The notes: generated by a model from the letters alone, not told the origin. Shown: positions 42,529 through 53,488, numbered from the stretch's first letter. The stretch is DNA of 64,000 nucleotides from Acetobacterales bacterium (GCA_040905765.1 JBBDQX010000007.1:184-64183), one strand, 5' to 3'. Numbers and translations are program-made.

Positions 42529-43394
42529 CCGGGGCACGCGCATCGCTCGCCCCCTCGCGGGATCTCGGGCCGCGTGAGGGGCCCGTGCTGCTGTACGGCG
42601 GTCCGTACGGCAACCTGCAGGCGACCAAAGCGCTTCTGGCGGAGGCCGACCGGCTTGGCATCGGCGGCGACGACCTGATCTGTACCGGCGATGCGGTCGC
42701 CTACGGCGCAGACCCGCAGCCGGTGTGCGACCTGCTGCGCGCGCGTGGCGTTCCGGTCGTGATGGGCAACTGTGAGGAGTCGCTGGGTCTCGATTCCGGC
42801 GACTGCGGCTGCGGCTTCGCCGACGGCAGCGCCTGCGACGTGATGGCGGCCCACTGGTTTGCCTACTGCCGCAAGGCGGTGAACGATGAGACCAGAGCGT
42901 GGATGGGCACTCTGCCGCGGCAGTTGCGGTTCAGCATGGCGGGGCGGCAGGTCGCGGTGGTGCACGGCGGCGCCGATGCGATCAACGCCTATGTCTTCGC
43001 CTCGACTCCGGCGGCCGAGAAGCGGCGGCAATGCGGCCTTCTCGGTGCCGATCTTGTGGTCGGCGGCCACGCCGGACTGCCTTTCGCCGACGTCGACGCC
43101 GGCTGGATCAACGCGGGCGTGATCGGTCTGCCCGCGAACGACGGCACCACGCGGGGCTGGTATGCCCTGCTCGAGCCGGTTGACGGCGACATCCGGATCG
43201 AGCTTCGTCCCCTCCGATTCGATCACGTGGCCGCCGCGGCGCGGATGCGTGCAAAGGGTCTGCCGGAGGACTATGCCCGGGCGATGGAGACCGGTCTCTG
43301 GCCGAACTGCGACATCCTGCCCGATGCCGAGACCGCGGCGCGCGGCTCGGCACTGTCGCCGCGAAGGCTGTTGCTGGATTCGCGCACGTCCTGA
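42525..43394 (+). CDS. metallophosphoesterase (calcineurin-like)
   Basis: Motifs (GGPYGNL), GDAVAYG, GNCE and GGHAGL. Proposed GTG start overlaps the transporter TGA (GTGA). Confidence 0.7.
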   Translation: MTGARASLAPSRDLGPREGPVLLYGGPYGNLQATKALLAEADRLGIGGDDLICTGDAVAYGADPQPVCDLLRARGVPVVMGNCEESLGLDSGDCGCGFADGSACDVMAAHWFAYCRKAVNDETRAWMGTLPRQLRFSMAGRQVAVVHGGADAINAYVFASTPAAEKRRQCGLLGADLVVGGHAGLPFADVDAGWINAGVIGLPANDGTTRGWYALLEPVDGDIRIELRPLRFDHVAAAARMRAKGLPEDYARAMETGLWPNCDILPDAETAARGSALSPRRLLLDSRTS

Positions 43395-43401
43395 CCCCGG
43401 C

Positions 43402-45030
43402 TCAGGACGCCGTCTGCTGTCGCAAGCCCAGATCGTCCAGCGCCACCTGCTGCAGCCGGTGACGCTGCACCTTGCCGCTGGCGGTCATGCCGACGCCCTC
43501 GAAGCTGTCGAGGAAGCGCACGTAGCGGGGCACCTTGAACCCGGCGAGCCGATCCCGCGCCCACCCAATCACTTCGGCCGCGCCGAGCGTCTCCCCTTCG
43601 CGCAACACGACATAGGCGGCGGGCACCTCGACCAGACGGGGATCAGGCACGCCGATCACCTGCACCTGCGCCACCGCGGGATGCGAGAGGATGCAGTCCT
43701 CGACCTCGGCCGGCGCGAGGTTTTCCCCGCCAACGCGGATGATCTCCTTCAGCCGCCCCCTGAATGTCAGCCGTCCATCGGGCGACAGGGTGCCAAGATC
43801 GCCGGTGCGCAGCCATCCTTCGGCATCCAGCGCCTTCGCCGTTTCCTCGGGCTTGTTGTAGTAGCCCTTCATCACGTTCCAGCCGCGCACCAGAATCTCG
43901 CCGGGCTCGTCGGCCGCGCGGTCGATGCCCGTCTCCGGATCGACGACGCGGATCCCGACGCCCGGCTGCGGCCAGGCCAGGCCGGCGATGCGATCCTCCA
44001 GCGGATCGTCGGTGCGCGACATCGCGCAGTTGGGCGAGGCCTCCGACAGACCGTAGGCGATCACCGTCTCGGTCGCGCCGAAGCGCTCGGCAAGCCGGCG
44101 CATCGTTGCCGGAGACGCCGCCGCCCAGCCGCCGCGCAGGCTGTAGTCGTATTTCGGGAAGTCGGGGTGCCCGAGCATCATCAGCAGCATGGTGTCGTTG
44201 CCGGAAATCAGCGTGCAGCGCTCCTCCGCAAGCACGCGCAGCACCTCCCCCGGGTCGAAGCGCGGGGTGGTGATCAGGCAGGCGCCGCCGCACAACGCGG
44301 CGAGGATCGACAGCGTCGTCCCGGCGACATGAAAGAACGGGCGCGGGCTGTAGTAGCGGTCCCCGGGGCGCATGCCCATCCGGTCCGCGACGTGCCAGGC
44401 ATCGACCACCATGTTGCGGTGTGTCAGCAGCACCCCTTTAGGTCGCGCGGTCGTTCCCGAGGTGTACTGGATCAGGGCGTCGTCCTCCGGGGCGACCTCC
44501 CGCGCGATGCACGGACCGGCCTTCGCACGGAACCGCTCCCAGCCGACGGCGCCATCCGGAACGTCCTCGCCAAGCACCACCATGGTCCCGAGAAGCGGCA
44601 GCGCCGGATCGGGCAGCGTCGCATCGACCGCCGGGCAGATACGGCGAAGTATCGAGATGAAATCGACCTTCAGGAACCGGTCGCAGATGAACAGGAAGCG
44701 GGCATCGGACTGCGCCAGTTGGTAGGCGATCTCGTCGCCCTTCAGGCGCGTGTTGATCGGCACCGCGACGCCGCCGACCCGCGCCACCGCGTGCAGCAGC
44801 ACCACCCACTCGGGTCCGTTGCCGAGGCAGATGGCGACGTGGTCGCCCTTCCCGACGCCGAGACCGACCAGCGCAGAGGCGGTCTCGCGCACGGCGCGCG
44901 CCAGCGCCGCGAAGTTCAGGCGCACGCCGCCCATGACGAACGCCTCAGCATCGGGCCACAGCGCCTCGGCGCGATCGAGCGCCTCGGGGTAGGTCTCGGG
45001 GGGCCGGCCATACATCGCGCCGCTACGCAC
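43402..45030 (-). CDS. AMP-dependent acyl-CoA synthetase/ligase
   Basis: AMP-binding motif (YTSGTTARPKGV) and C-terminal ligase blocks. GTG start. Confidence 0.88.
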   Translation of the reverse strand: MRSGAMYGRPPETYPEALDRAEALWPDAEAFVMGGVRLNFAALARAVRETASALVGLGVGKGDHVAICLGNGPEWVVLLHAVARVGGVAVPINTRLKGDEIAYQLAQSDARFLFICDRFLKVDFISILRRICPAVDATLPDPALPLLGTMVVLGEDVPDGAVGWERFRAKAGPCIAREVAPEDDALIQYTSGTTARPKGVLLTHRNMVVDAWHVADRMGMRPGDRYYSPRPFFHVAGTTLSILAALCGGACLITTPRFDPGEVLRVLAEERCTLISGNDTMLLMMLGHPDFPKYDYSLRGGWAAASPATMRRLAERFGATETVIAYGLSEASPNCAMSRTDDPLEDRIAGLAWPQPGVGIRVVDPETGIDRAADEPGEILVRGWNVMKGYYNKPEETAKALDAEGWLRTGDLGTLSPDGRLTFRGRLKEIIRVGGENLAPAEVEDCILSHPAVAQVQVIGVPDPRLVEVPAAYVVLREGETLGAAEVIGWARDRLAGFKVPRYVRFLDSFEGVGMTASGKVQRHRLQQVALDDLGLRQQTAS

Positions 45031-45790
45031 CCGCCTTCTTGCGTTTCGAGAACGCGGTCACGCCCCGCTTCCACTCGCTGTCGGCGAGCGCCCGGTCAAT
45101 CGCCATGCGCTCGATGGCCACGCCGCGTGCGAAGTCGGTGTCCCCGCCGAGGTCGATGCTGCGCTTGGCCAGCCGCACCGCGAGCGGCGGAGCGGCCGCG
45201 ACCTGCTCGGCCATCGTGCGGGCCTCACGCGCCAGCGTATCGGCGGGGAAGACGTGATTGGCGAGGCGCAGGCGCAATGCCTCCTCGGCGCCCACCACAC
45301 GGCCCGTGAACAGCAGTTCCTTGGCCATCGCCGCGCCGACGATGCGGGGCAAGCGCTGCGTGGCCCCGACCGAGCCCCACACCGCCTCGGGGTAACGGAA
45401 GCTCGCCTTCTCCGACGCCAGCAGGAAGTCGCAGGCGCTGGCGATCTCGCAGCCGGACCCCACGGCCGGGCCATGCACCACGGCGATCATCGGCTTCTCG
45501 CAAGCATCCATCGCCGCGTAGGCCGCGAAAGACCGCCGTCGCCGCTCGGCGACCCAGTCGGGCCCCTTGCCCTTGCGCTCCTTCAGGTCGGCGCCGGCGC
45601 AGAACACCGGCCCCTCCCCGCGCACCAGCACGACCTTCACCTTCGGATCCGCCGCCAGCCCCTCGATCGCCGACAGCAGGTCGAGGCACATCCGGAGGTT
45701 CAGGGCGTTGCGCGACTCCGGCCGGTTCAGCAGCAGGGTGCCGACGCCCTTTCGCGTCGATACGCTGACTGTCTCGAAGTCCTGCTTCAT
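45023..45790 (-). CDS. enoyl-CoA hydratase/isomerase (crotonase) 1
   Basis: Crotonase signature (VFCAGADLKE). ATG immediately after the CoA-transferase stop. Confidence 0.88.
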   Translation of the reverse strand: MKQDFETVSVSTRKGVGTLLLNRPESRNALNLRMCLDLLSAIEGLAADPKVKVVLVRGEGPVFCAGADLKERKGKGPDWVAERRRRSFAAYAAMDACEKPMIAVVHGPAVGSGCEIASACDFLLASEKASFRYPEAVWGSVGATQRLPRIVGAAMAKELLFTGRVVGAEEALRLRLANHVFPADTLAREARTMAEQVAAAPPLAVRLAKRSIDLGGDTDFARGVAIERMAIDRALADSEWKRGVTAFSKRKKAGA

Positions 45791-45791
45791 C

Positions 45792-46994
45792 TCAGACCGC
45801 CCCCTTCTCGCGCAGCGCCGCCACAGCCGCGCCGTCGAGACCCAGCCACTCCTGCAGTACCGCTTCGGTATGCTCGCCGAGCAGCGGCGGACGGCCGACA
45901 TCGGGATTGTCGTAGTCCCGGTAACGGAGCGGCTGGCGCAACGCCGGGAATTCGCCGATCACCGGATGCACGAATGTCTGCACGAGGTCGCGCGCCCTGG
46001 TGTGCGGGTCGTCCATGATCTCGTCGACATGGTTGATCGGCCCGCACGGGACGCCGGCCTTATCGAAGGCGTCGAGCAGTTCGTCCCGCCCCCACGCGAG
46101 GATCGCCGGACGCAGCGCGTCGTACACCTCTGCGCGGCGCTTCACCCGGACGTTGTTGTCGCGCAGGTCCTCGTCGGCCCACAGGTCGTCGAGTCCGAGC
46201 ACGCGGCACAGCGCCTCCCAGTGCTGATCGCTGGCGCTGATCTGCAGCCAGCGGCCGTTCCGGCATTCGAAGCCGGCGGTCGGCACCCGGCCGAGCCGTT
46301 CGGTGCCCGAGCGCGGCAGCACATCGCCGGAAGTGAAGTAGGTCGCCGCCGCCATCGACAGCAGGCTGACCTGAACGTCGTACATCGACAGGTCGACGTA
46401 GCAGCCATGGCCGCTGTTCTGCCGTCCCGCCAGCCCGGAGAGGATGCCGATCAGCCCCCACAGCCCGGCGGTGAGATCGGCGATCGGGGTGCCCACCTTC
46501 ACCGGTCCGCCGCCGTATTCGCCGGTCAGGCTCATCACCCCGCCCATCGCCTGGAAGATGGTGTCGTAGCCCTTCCGCTTGCTGTACGGGCCGGTTTGCC
46601 CGAAGCCGGTGTTCGACAGGTACACGAGTCCCGGGTTGTCGGTCTTCAGGTCGTCGTAGGACAGGGCATACTTCGCCATGCCGCCGGGCATCAGGTTTTC
46701 GATGACGACGTCGGCCTCGCGCGCCATGCGCCGGGCGACGTCGAGCCCCTCCTCCGACTTGAGGTTGAGGGTCATCGAACGCTTCTGCCGGTTGAAGGTG
46801 AAGAAGTAGGCGCTCTTCTCCGGATCAACCTCGCCGCCGACGAAAGGCTCCCAGCGCCGCGCCTCGTCGCCGCCGTCGGGTCGCTCGACCTTGACCACGT
46901 CGGCACCCATCTCGGCCAGCGCCGTCGTGCAGAACGGTCCCGCGAGCACGCGCGAGAAGTCCAGCACCCTGATGCCGTCGAGCGGCTTCGCCAT
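45792..46994 (-). CDS. CoA transferase family III (CaiB/BaiF-like)
   Basis: Family III N-terminus (GIRVLDFSRVLAGPFCTTALAEMGADVVKVERP) with conserved Asp region. Start corrected to MAKPLDG. Confidence 0.88.
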   Translation of the reverse strand: MAKPLDGIRVLDFSRVLAGPFCTTALAEMGADVVKVERPDGGDEARRWEPFVGGEVDPEKSAYFFTFNRQKRSMTLNLKSEEGLDVARRMAREADVVIENLMPGGMAKYALSYDDLKTDNPGLVYLSNTGFGQTGPYSKRKGYDTIFQAMGGVMSLTGEYGGGPVKVGTPIADLTAGLWGLIGILSGLAGRQNSGHGCYVDLSMYDVQVSLLSMAAATYFTSGDVLPRSGTERLGRVPTAGFECRNGRWLQISASDQHWEALCRVLGLDDLWADEDLRDNNVRVKRRAEVYDALRPAILAWGRDELLDAFDKAGVPCGPINHVDEIMDDPHTRARDLVQTFVHPVIGEFPALRQPLRYRDYDNPDVGRPPLLGEHTEAVLQEWLGLDGAAVAALREKGAV

Positions 46995-47731
46995 CAGTCC
47001 CTGGCCTTGCGGAAACCGCGCATGATCATGTTGACGTCGCGGCCGGCGAGCATCGCCTCGTCGTAGGGCAGTTCGCAGACCCGGTAGAAAAGCTCCTTGG
47101 TCGTGCGCATCGCCGGTTCGGCCACCGCGGCAAGCTTCGCCGCCAGCGCCACCGCCTCGTCCAGCAGCGCATCGTCGGCCACCACCCGGTTGATCATGCG
47201 AAGGTCGAGCGCCTCCCGCGCGCCGAGGATGCGACCCGTTGCCACCAGTTCGAAGGCGATCTTTCGGCCGACCTGCCGGGTCAGGCCGGTCATCACCACG
47301 GCCGCGACGATGTCGTGCTTCAGCTCGGGATAGCCGAGCTTGAGCGTCTCGGAAGCGACAACCATGTCGCAGCCGAGGCACAGGCCCGCGCCGCCGCCGA
47401 CGGCGTGCCCGCGCGCGGCGGCGATGACGGGCGTGCGCAGCTTCGTCAGCATCGTGTTGAGGCGGTAGGACTGCTCGGCACGTTCGGTGACGAAGTCCTG
47501 GTTGTCGCCGGGCCTGAGGTCCCTGAACTCCGACAGGTCGGCGCCGGCGCAGAACGCGCGCCCCGCACCGGTGAGCACCACGGCCCGCACGCCCCTGTCG
47601 CGGTCCGCCTGTTCCAGCGCGGCAATCAGGGCGCCGGCGAGCGCATGGTTCAGCGCGTTCAGCTTGTCGGGCCGGTTGAGCGTCAGGATACGGACGGCGC
47701 CCCGGTCCTCGACCAGCAGGACGTCAGGCAT
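46994..47731 (-). CDS. enoyl-CoA hydratase/isomerase (crotonase) 2
   Basis: RAFCAGADLSE motif. Start MPDVLLVEDRG; ATGA overlap with the downstream gene. Confidence 0.85.
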   Translation of the reverse strand: MPDVLLVEDRGAVRILTLNRPDKLNALNHALAGALIAALEQADRDRGVRAVVLTGAGRAFCAGADLSEFRDLRPGDNQDFVTERAEQSYRLNTMLTKLRTPVIAAARGHAVGGGAGLCLGCDMVVASETLKLGYPELKHDIVAAVVMTGLTRQVGRKIAFELVATGRILGAREALDLRMINRVVADDALLDEAVALAAKLAAVAEPAMRTTKELFYRVCELPYDEAMLAGRDVNMIMRGFRKARD

Positions 47732-48665
47732 GGGCTTGCTCCCGTTGCAGAAGGCCGAGGCCGGTGCGCGTGACCATCCCGCGCAGCTCGCGGCCGAGGA
47801 GCCGCTCGCAGAACCCGGCGGTGGCGAGCAGGCCGTCGAGATCGATCCCGGTATCGACGCCCATCGCCTCGAACAACGCGACGAGGTCCTCCGTACAGAC
47901 GTTCCCGGTGTAGCCGCCGCCATACTGGATCCTGGCCGGATGGCCACCGGTTCCGCCGAAGCTGCTGTCGAAATGGCGGCAGCCGGCGTCGAACGCGGCG
48001 ACGCAATTGGCGAGGCCGGCACCGCGGGTGTCATGGAAATGGGCGATCGGCGTCGCCTGCGGCACCTCGCGCTGCACGCGCTCGAACAGCGCCGCGACCA
48101 TGCGTGGGTTGGCCATGCCGGTGGTGTCGCCGAGCGCCACAAGACCGACGCCAAGATCGGCGAACCGCGCCGCGTCCTCCACTACCGAGCCTGGATCAAC
48201 CCACCCGTCGAACGGACAGCCGAAGGCGACCGAGACCGTGCCGACGAGCCGGAACCGGTCGCCGGCCGCGGCGACCATCTCGCCGACCCGCTGCCACTGC
48301 CCGGCGCGGTCGGTGCGGAGGTTCTTCTGCGTATGCGACTCGGTCGCCGAGACCAGCAGGCTGATCTCGGTCGGGCCGCGGCCGGCGTCATGGTCGGCGA
48401 CCGCACGCTCGACGGCACGCAGGTTGGCGCAGGTTCCCTTGTAGTGCACGCCATCGCCGCGCCGGATGGCCTGCAGGACCCCGGATGCGTCGGCGAACTG
48501 CGGCACGACCTTGGGGTTCGAGTAAGATGTGGCCTCAACGCGCGGGAACCCGAGCGCCGTGAAACGGTCGATCGCCTCGACCTTGCGTGCCGTGGGAAGG
48601 AAGTCGGGCTCGTGCTGCAGCCCGTCGCGCGCGAAGCACTCGCAGAGAACCACCCGATCCGCCAC
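47724..48665 (-). CDS. HMG-CoA lyase-like (HMGL-like) carbon-carbon lyase
   Basis: DRE-TIM barrel motifs (ECFARDGLQ, HFHDTRG). GTG start after GAGGGAGGAA. An earlier start would overlap the ABC ATPase gene. Confidence 0.8.
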   Translation of the reverse strand: MADRVVLCECFARDGLQHEPDFLPTARKVEAIDRFTALGFPRVEATSYSNPKVVPQFADASGVLQAIRRGDGVHYKGTCANLRAVERAVADHDAGRGPTEISLLVSATESHTQKNLRTDRAGQWQRVGEMVAAAGDRFRLVGTVSVAFGCPFDGWVDPGSVVEDAARFADLGVGLVALGDTTGMANPRMVAALFERVQREVPQATPIAHFHDTRGAGLANCVAAFDAGCRHFDSSFGGTGGHPARIQYGGGYTGNVCTEDLVALFEAMGVDTGIDLDGLLATAGFCERLLGRELRGMVTRTGLGLLQREQAHA

Positions 48666-48768
48666 CTGGCGTCGTTCCTCCCTCGTTATCGGCTTGTTCG
48701 TCGCCGAGGAATCGCCGTCCGCTGCATCGCGGCCGGCCGGACGAGTCAAGTGTGCCCGGAATGGCGAG

Positions 48769-49466
<698 letters not shown>

Positions 49467-49470
<4 letters not shown>

Positions 49471-50711
49471 GCGGCGCCCCGGATGATGTCGACTGGGTTG
49501 ACGCGCGCCGCACGGCGCGCCGGCAGCCATGCCGCCGCCACCGCCGTGACCAGCGCGAACAGCGCGGACACGAGGTAAAGCACCGGCGCCTCGTACAACG
49601 GCAGGCGCGAGACCTCGGTGAACGCCGCGACCTCGAACTCGATGCTGCCGAGCAGCCGGCACAGGCCGAAGCCCAGAACCCAGCCGATCACCGCGCCGAT
49701 GGCGCCCACCACCGCACCCTGGACGACGAAGATGCGGCGGATATCGCGCTCCTGGAAGCCCAGGGACTTGAGGATGGCGATGTCTCGGACCTTCTCGAAG
49801 GTCACCGTCGAGACGATGTTGAAGATACCGAATCCGGCGACGACGAGGATGGCGAGGACGACGGAATAGAGGATCATGTTGCGGATTTCGAGAACCCGGA
49901 GGATGTCCTCGTTGGCTTCGTCCCATGAATTGGCCTTGTAGCCGTAGCGGGCCTCCACCGACCGCGCCAGGGCAGATGCGTCGTAGATGTCGTCGACCCG
50001 CAGTCGTATCTCGTTGACCACGTTCGGACGGTCCTGCAACACCTGCACCTTCTTCAGCAAGGCGTAGCCGGTGGTGTCGTCGATAGCCACCACGCCGGTC
50101 CGGAAGCTGCCGACCACCTTCATCTTCATCAGCACGCCGGTGGGCGACGAGACCGACATCGTGTCTCCGACGGATATACCGAGCTTGCGGATGAACCCGT
50201 TGCCGAGGATCACGCCGTTGGCGGCGCCGTACAGGTCGTCGATACGGCCGGCCGTCATGTCGTCGGCGAGTTGCGAGACGTTGCGCTCCCGCCTGGGGTC
50301 GATCCCGACCACGGTGCCGGCCACATCCTGACCGGCGAAGCGGGCGACGACCTGCCCGCGCAACGTCGGTGCCGCGGAAACGCCCGGCAGCGCATCCAGC
50401 GCGGCCACGCGGGCGTTCGGATTGCGGATGCCGCGCAATTCATCCTTCGGCTTGACGCCGATCAGCCGGATCGCCGCATCGGGGAAGACGCGCTCCACCG
50501 GCTGCGGCGGGGGCATGCGGTATTCGTCCGAGATCACCACATGAGGCGTCGCGTCGACAATGGTCTCCACGAAGTCGCGCTGGGAACCTTCCATAAGGGC
50601 CGCGACGGCGATGAAGAATCCGACGCCGGTGGCGACGCCGAGCACGGAGACTGCCGTCTGCCGGATCCGGTTGCGGAGGTGGGCAAGAGCGATCGAGAGG
50701 ACAACCTTCAC
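49467..50711 (-). CDS. ABC transporter permease, FtsX/MacB-LolCE family
   Basis: 4 TM plus a large periplasmic domain. GTG start overlaps the TGA of the adaptor gene. Confidence 0.85.
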
Positions 50712-51724
50712 CTGCGCCCGCCCCTGACGGTGCTGACCCGCTGACCCGCAGCGAGATCGGGGCCGGGATCGACGATCACCTGCGTCGTGCCGTCGACGCC
50801 GGCCGTGACCTGGCTGCGGTCGTCGCCGCGGACTCCGACCTCGACGTCCATGCGGCGGGCAAGACCGCCTTCCACCACCCACAACGCGTTGCCGCGCAGG
50901 GACGCCGTCGGCACCAGCAGGGCGTCATCGACGGTACGCACGAGAATGTTGGCCTCCGTGGTCATGCCGATCAGCAGCGGGCTGTCGGCCGGCAACGCGA
51001 TCCGCACGCGATAGCTCTTGTTGAGCGGATCGCCCTTGGGCGTGATCCGTTCCACCGTTCCCTCGAGCACCTGGTCGGAAAAGGCATCGGCCTTGATCAC
51101 CACCCGCTGCCCGGCGGCGACGAGCGGAATGTCCTCCTCGTCCACCGCGGCCTCAATCCAGAGCGGTTCCGGCTGGCCAACCCAGAACAGCACCTGGCCG
51201 GGCTCGACCACCTCGCCGACCTCGCCGTCCTGCCGCAACACCACACCATCGAGCGGCGCGCGAAGTTGCAGGTCCTCCAGCCTCTCGCGTGCCGCGGCGA
51301 GGGCGGCAAGGGCCTTGGTGTACGTGCTCAACGCCCGCTCGTAGGTAGCGGCGCTCGCCACCTTGCGCGCGAAAAGATCGCGCTGCCGCTTGAGTTCCTC
51401 CTCCAGGTAACGCGCCTCGGCCTCAACCTCCGTGTAGGCCGCTTCCTCCTCGCCCGACTCGAGTCGCACCAGGAAGGCTCCGCGCATGACGCGCTTGCCC
51501 TCGCAGGCGCAGATCTCCGCGATACGACCGCGCACCAGCGGCGTCACCCTCGCCCAATGTACGGGCTCCACAACCCCGGTCGCATAGACGGCGTGCACGG
51601 CCTTGCCGCGGATCGGCGTGACCACGGTCACTTCGGGGATGCCGGCATCGCGGACGTACCACAACACGCCTGCGGCGAGTGTCAGCAGGGTGGCCAGCAG
51701 GGCCAGTCGGCGGAAAATGCGCAT
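50708..51724 (-). CDS. HlyD-family periplasmic adaptor (membrane fusion protein)
   Basis: N-terminal TM anchor, coiled-coil, and biotinyl/lipoyl-like and beta-barrel segments. First gene of a 3-gene MacAB-like efflux operon. Confidence 0.85.
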   Translation of the reverse strand: MRIFRRLALLATLLTLAAGVLWYVRDAGIPEVTVVTPIRGKAVHAVYATGVVEPVHWARVTPLVRGRIAEICACEGKRVMRGAFLVRLESGEEEAAYTEVEAEARYLEEELKRQRDLFARKVASAATYERALSTYTKALAALAAARERLEDLQLRAPLDGVVLRQDGEVGEVVEPGQVLFWVGQPEPLWIEAAVDEEDIPLVAAGQRVVIKADAFSDQVLEGTVERITPKGDPLNKSYRVRIALPADSPLLIGMTTEANILVRTVDDALLVPTASLRGNALWVVEGGLARRMDVEVGVRGDDRSQVTAGVDGTTQVIVDPGPDLAAGQRVSTVRGGRR

Positions 51725-51801
51725 AATACGGACTACCGACCTCGCGCAGCGGAGCCGTCCGCGCGGTGCGGGCCGGGGAAGCGTTGCGGACCGGGAACCG
51801 C

Positions 51802-51875
51802 TGGAGCGGGTGAGGGGAATCGAACCCCCGTCTTAAGCTTGGGAAGCTTCTGCTCTACCATTGAGCTACACCCGC
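51802..51875 (-). tRNA. tRNA-Gly (anticodon CCC)
   Basis: 74-nt cloverleaf GCGGGUGUAGCUCAAUGGUAGAGCAGAAGCUUCCCAAGCUUAAGACGGGGGUUCGAUUCCCCUCACCCGCUCCA, with T-loop GGUUCGAUUCC and encoded CCA. Confidence 0.9.
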
Positions 51876-51998
51876 GCCGCGCCCGACGCTGACGCGCCGG
51901 ATCCGGGCAGCGAATCATATACGCAAGCGGCCGATCGGCGGCAACCTTTGTCGCGCCGGCGGTCCTGCGATGCACACGCCCCGGCCAGGGAGCCCGCC

Positions 51999-53390
51999 AT
52001 GAGCCGCGACACGGCGATCGCCAATGCCCATGCCTATTTCGACGACGGTTCGTTCGTGGCGGAGATGGCACGACGCGTCGCCTATCGCACCGAGAGCCAC
52101 GTCCCTGCACAGCTTCCCGAATCATACCGCTACCTCGACGAGGAGATCGTTCCGGCGTTCGCCAGGATGGGCTTCGAATGCGAGGTTCTGGATAATCCTG
52201 TCGCGGGCGGCGGGCCGGTGCTCTACGCAGGGCGCATCGAGGATGTGGCGCTGCCGACGGTGCTGACCTACGGACATGGCGATGTGGTGCGCGGCATCCC
52301 GGAGGAATGGTCGGAAGGCCTCGACCCGTGGACGGTGACGCAGCGCGGCGACCGGCTGTACGGGCGCGGCACGGCCGACAACAAGGGCCAGCACACAATC
52401 AACATGGCGGCGCTGGACGCGGCACTCGGGGCCCGCGGCCGTCTCGGCTTCAACTGCAAGGTCATGCTCGAGATGTCGGAGGAGCCGGGATCGCCCGGCC
52501 TTCCGGAGACGGCAAGTCAGCACAAGGAGAAGTTCGCGGCCGACGTGCTGATCGCATCCGACGGCCCTCGCCTGACGCCGTCGCGTCCGGCACTGACTCT
52601 CGGAAGCCGGGGCTCGTACATATTCACGCTGAGCCTCAAGCTGCGCGAAGGGGGCGTGCACTCTGGCCATTACGGCGGGCTGATCCGAAACCCGGGCATC
52701 ACCCTGGCGCATGCGCTTGCCAGTTTCACCACGCCGAACGAGAAGATCCTCGTTGATGCGCTGAAACCGCAGGGAATCCCGAACTCCGTCCGGGTAGCAC
52801 TGGCCGAGTGCGTCGTCGATCCCGGCGGCGACGCGCCGACTCCCGATCCGGAAATCGGCGAGCCTGGGCTGACTCCCGCCGAGAGGCTGTATGGCTGGTC
52901 GAGCTTCAATATCCTCGCCTTCACATGCGGCAATCCCGACAATCCGGTCAACGCGGTGCCTCCCGCGGCGCTGGCGACCTGCCAGATGCGCTTTACGGTA
53001 GACACCGATTACCGCGAATTCCTTCCCGCCATCCGACGCCATCTGGACGCGCATGGCTTCGGCATGATCGAGGTCGAGTGGGACGAGGCGCATTTCTTCC
53101 CCGCGACCCGCTGCGACATCGATGACCCCTGGGTCCAGTGGACGGCTGCATCGGTGCGGCGGACCACCGGCGAGCCGCCGCACATCTGCCCCAATGCCAG
53201 CGGAGGATTGCCGACACAGGTGTTCATCGACATCCTCGGCATGCCGTCGATCTTCGTTCCGCATTCGTATGGCGGCTGCAAGCAGCACGGGCCGGACGAG
53301 CACCTGCTGCTTTCGGCGTCGCGCGAGGCGCTCGGGGTGATGGCGGGAATCTTCTGGGACCTCGGGGAGGAGGGGACGCCGAAGCGTTGA
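51999..53390 (+). CDS. M20 family metallopeptidase (ArgE/DapE/ACY1/CPG2-like dipeptidase)
   Basis: M20 metal-binding blocks (HGDVV, GTADNKG). Start at the ATG with AGGGAG SD. Confidence 0.85.
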   Translation: MSRDTAIANAHAYFDDGSFVAEMARRVAYRTESHVPAQLPESYRYLDEEIVPAFARMGFECEVLDNPVAGGGPVLYAGRIEDVALPTVLTYGHGDVVRGIPEEWSEGLDPWTVTQRGDRLYGRGTADNKGQHTINMAALDAALGARGRLGFNCKVMLEMSEEPGSPGLPETASQHKEKFAADVLIASDGPRLTPSRPALTLGSRGSYIFTLSLKLREGGVHSGHYGGLIRNPGITLAHALASFTTPNEKILVDALKPQGIPNSVRVALAECVVDPGGDAPTPDPEIGEPGLTPAERLYGWSSFNILAFTCGNPDNPVNAVPPAALATCQMRFTVDTDYREFLPAIRRHLDAHGFGMIEVEWDEAHFFPATRCDIDDPWVQWTAASVRRTTGEPPHICPNASGGLPTQVFIDILGMPSIFVPHSYGGCKQHGPDEHLLLSASREALGVMAGIFWDLGEEGTPKR

Positions 53391-53419
53391 CGCGGTACAT
53401 GGCGGACCAGTAGTCTCCG

Positions 53420-53478
53420 CCTCCGTGGTGATTTGGCGACCAGCTTGCGGCCACGTTAAACAAACCAGCTAAAAGGTC
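53420..53478 (+). promoter_or_regulatory. SAM-II riboswitch (metA-element type) in the metZ leader
   Basis: GUGAUUUGGCGACCAGCUUGCGGCCACGUUAAACAAACCAGCUAAAAGG matches the SAM-II consensus (GAUUU..GGC...GCUUGC...GUUAAA...AGCUAAAAG). Confidence 0.75.
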
Positions 53479-53488
53479 GGAGCGGATG

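Noticed and set aside
51802-51875. tRNA-Gly as a possible genomic-island integration site
   Set aside because: No integrase, direct repeat of the tRNA 3' end, or compositional shift on either side. Flanking genes (efflux ABC, M20 peptidase) look like core genes.
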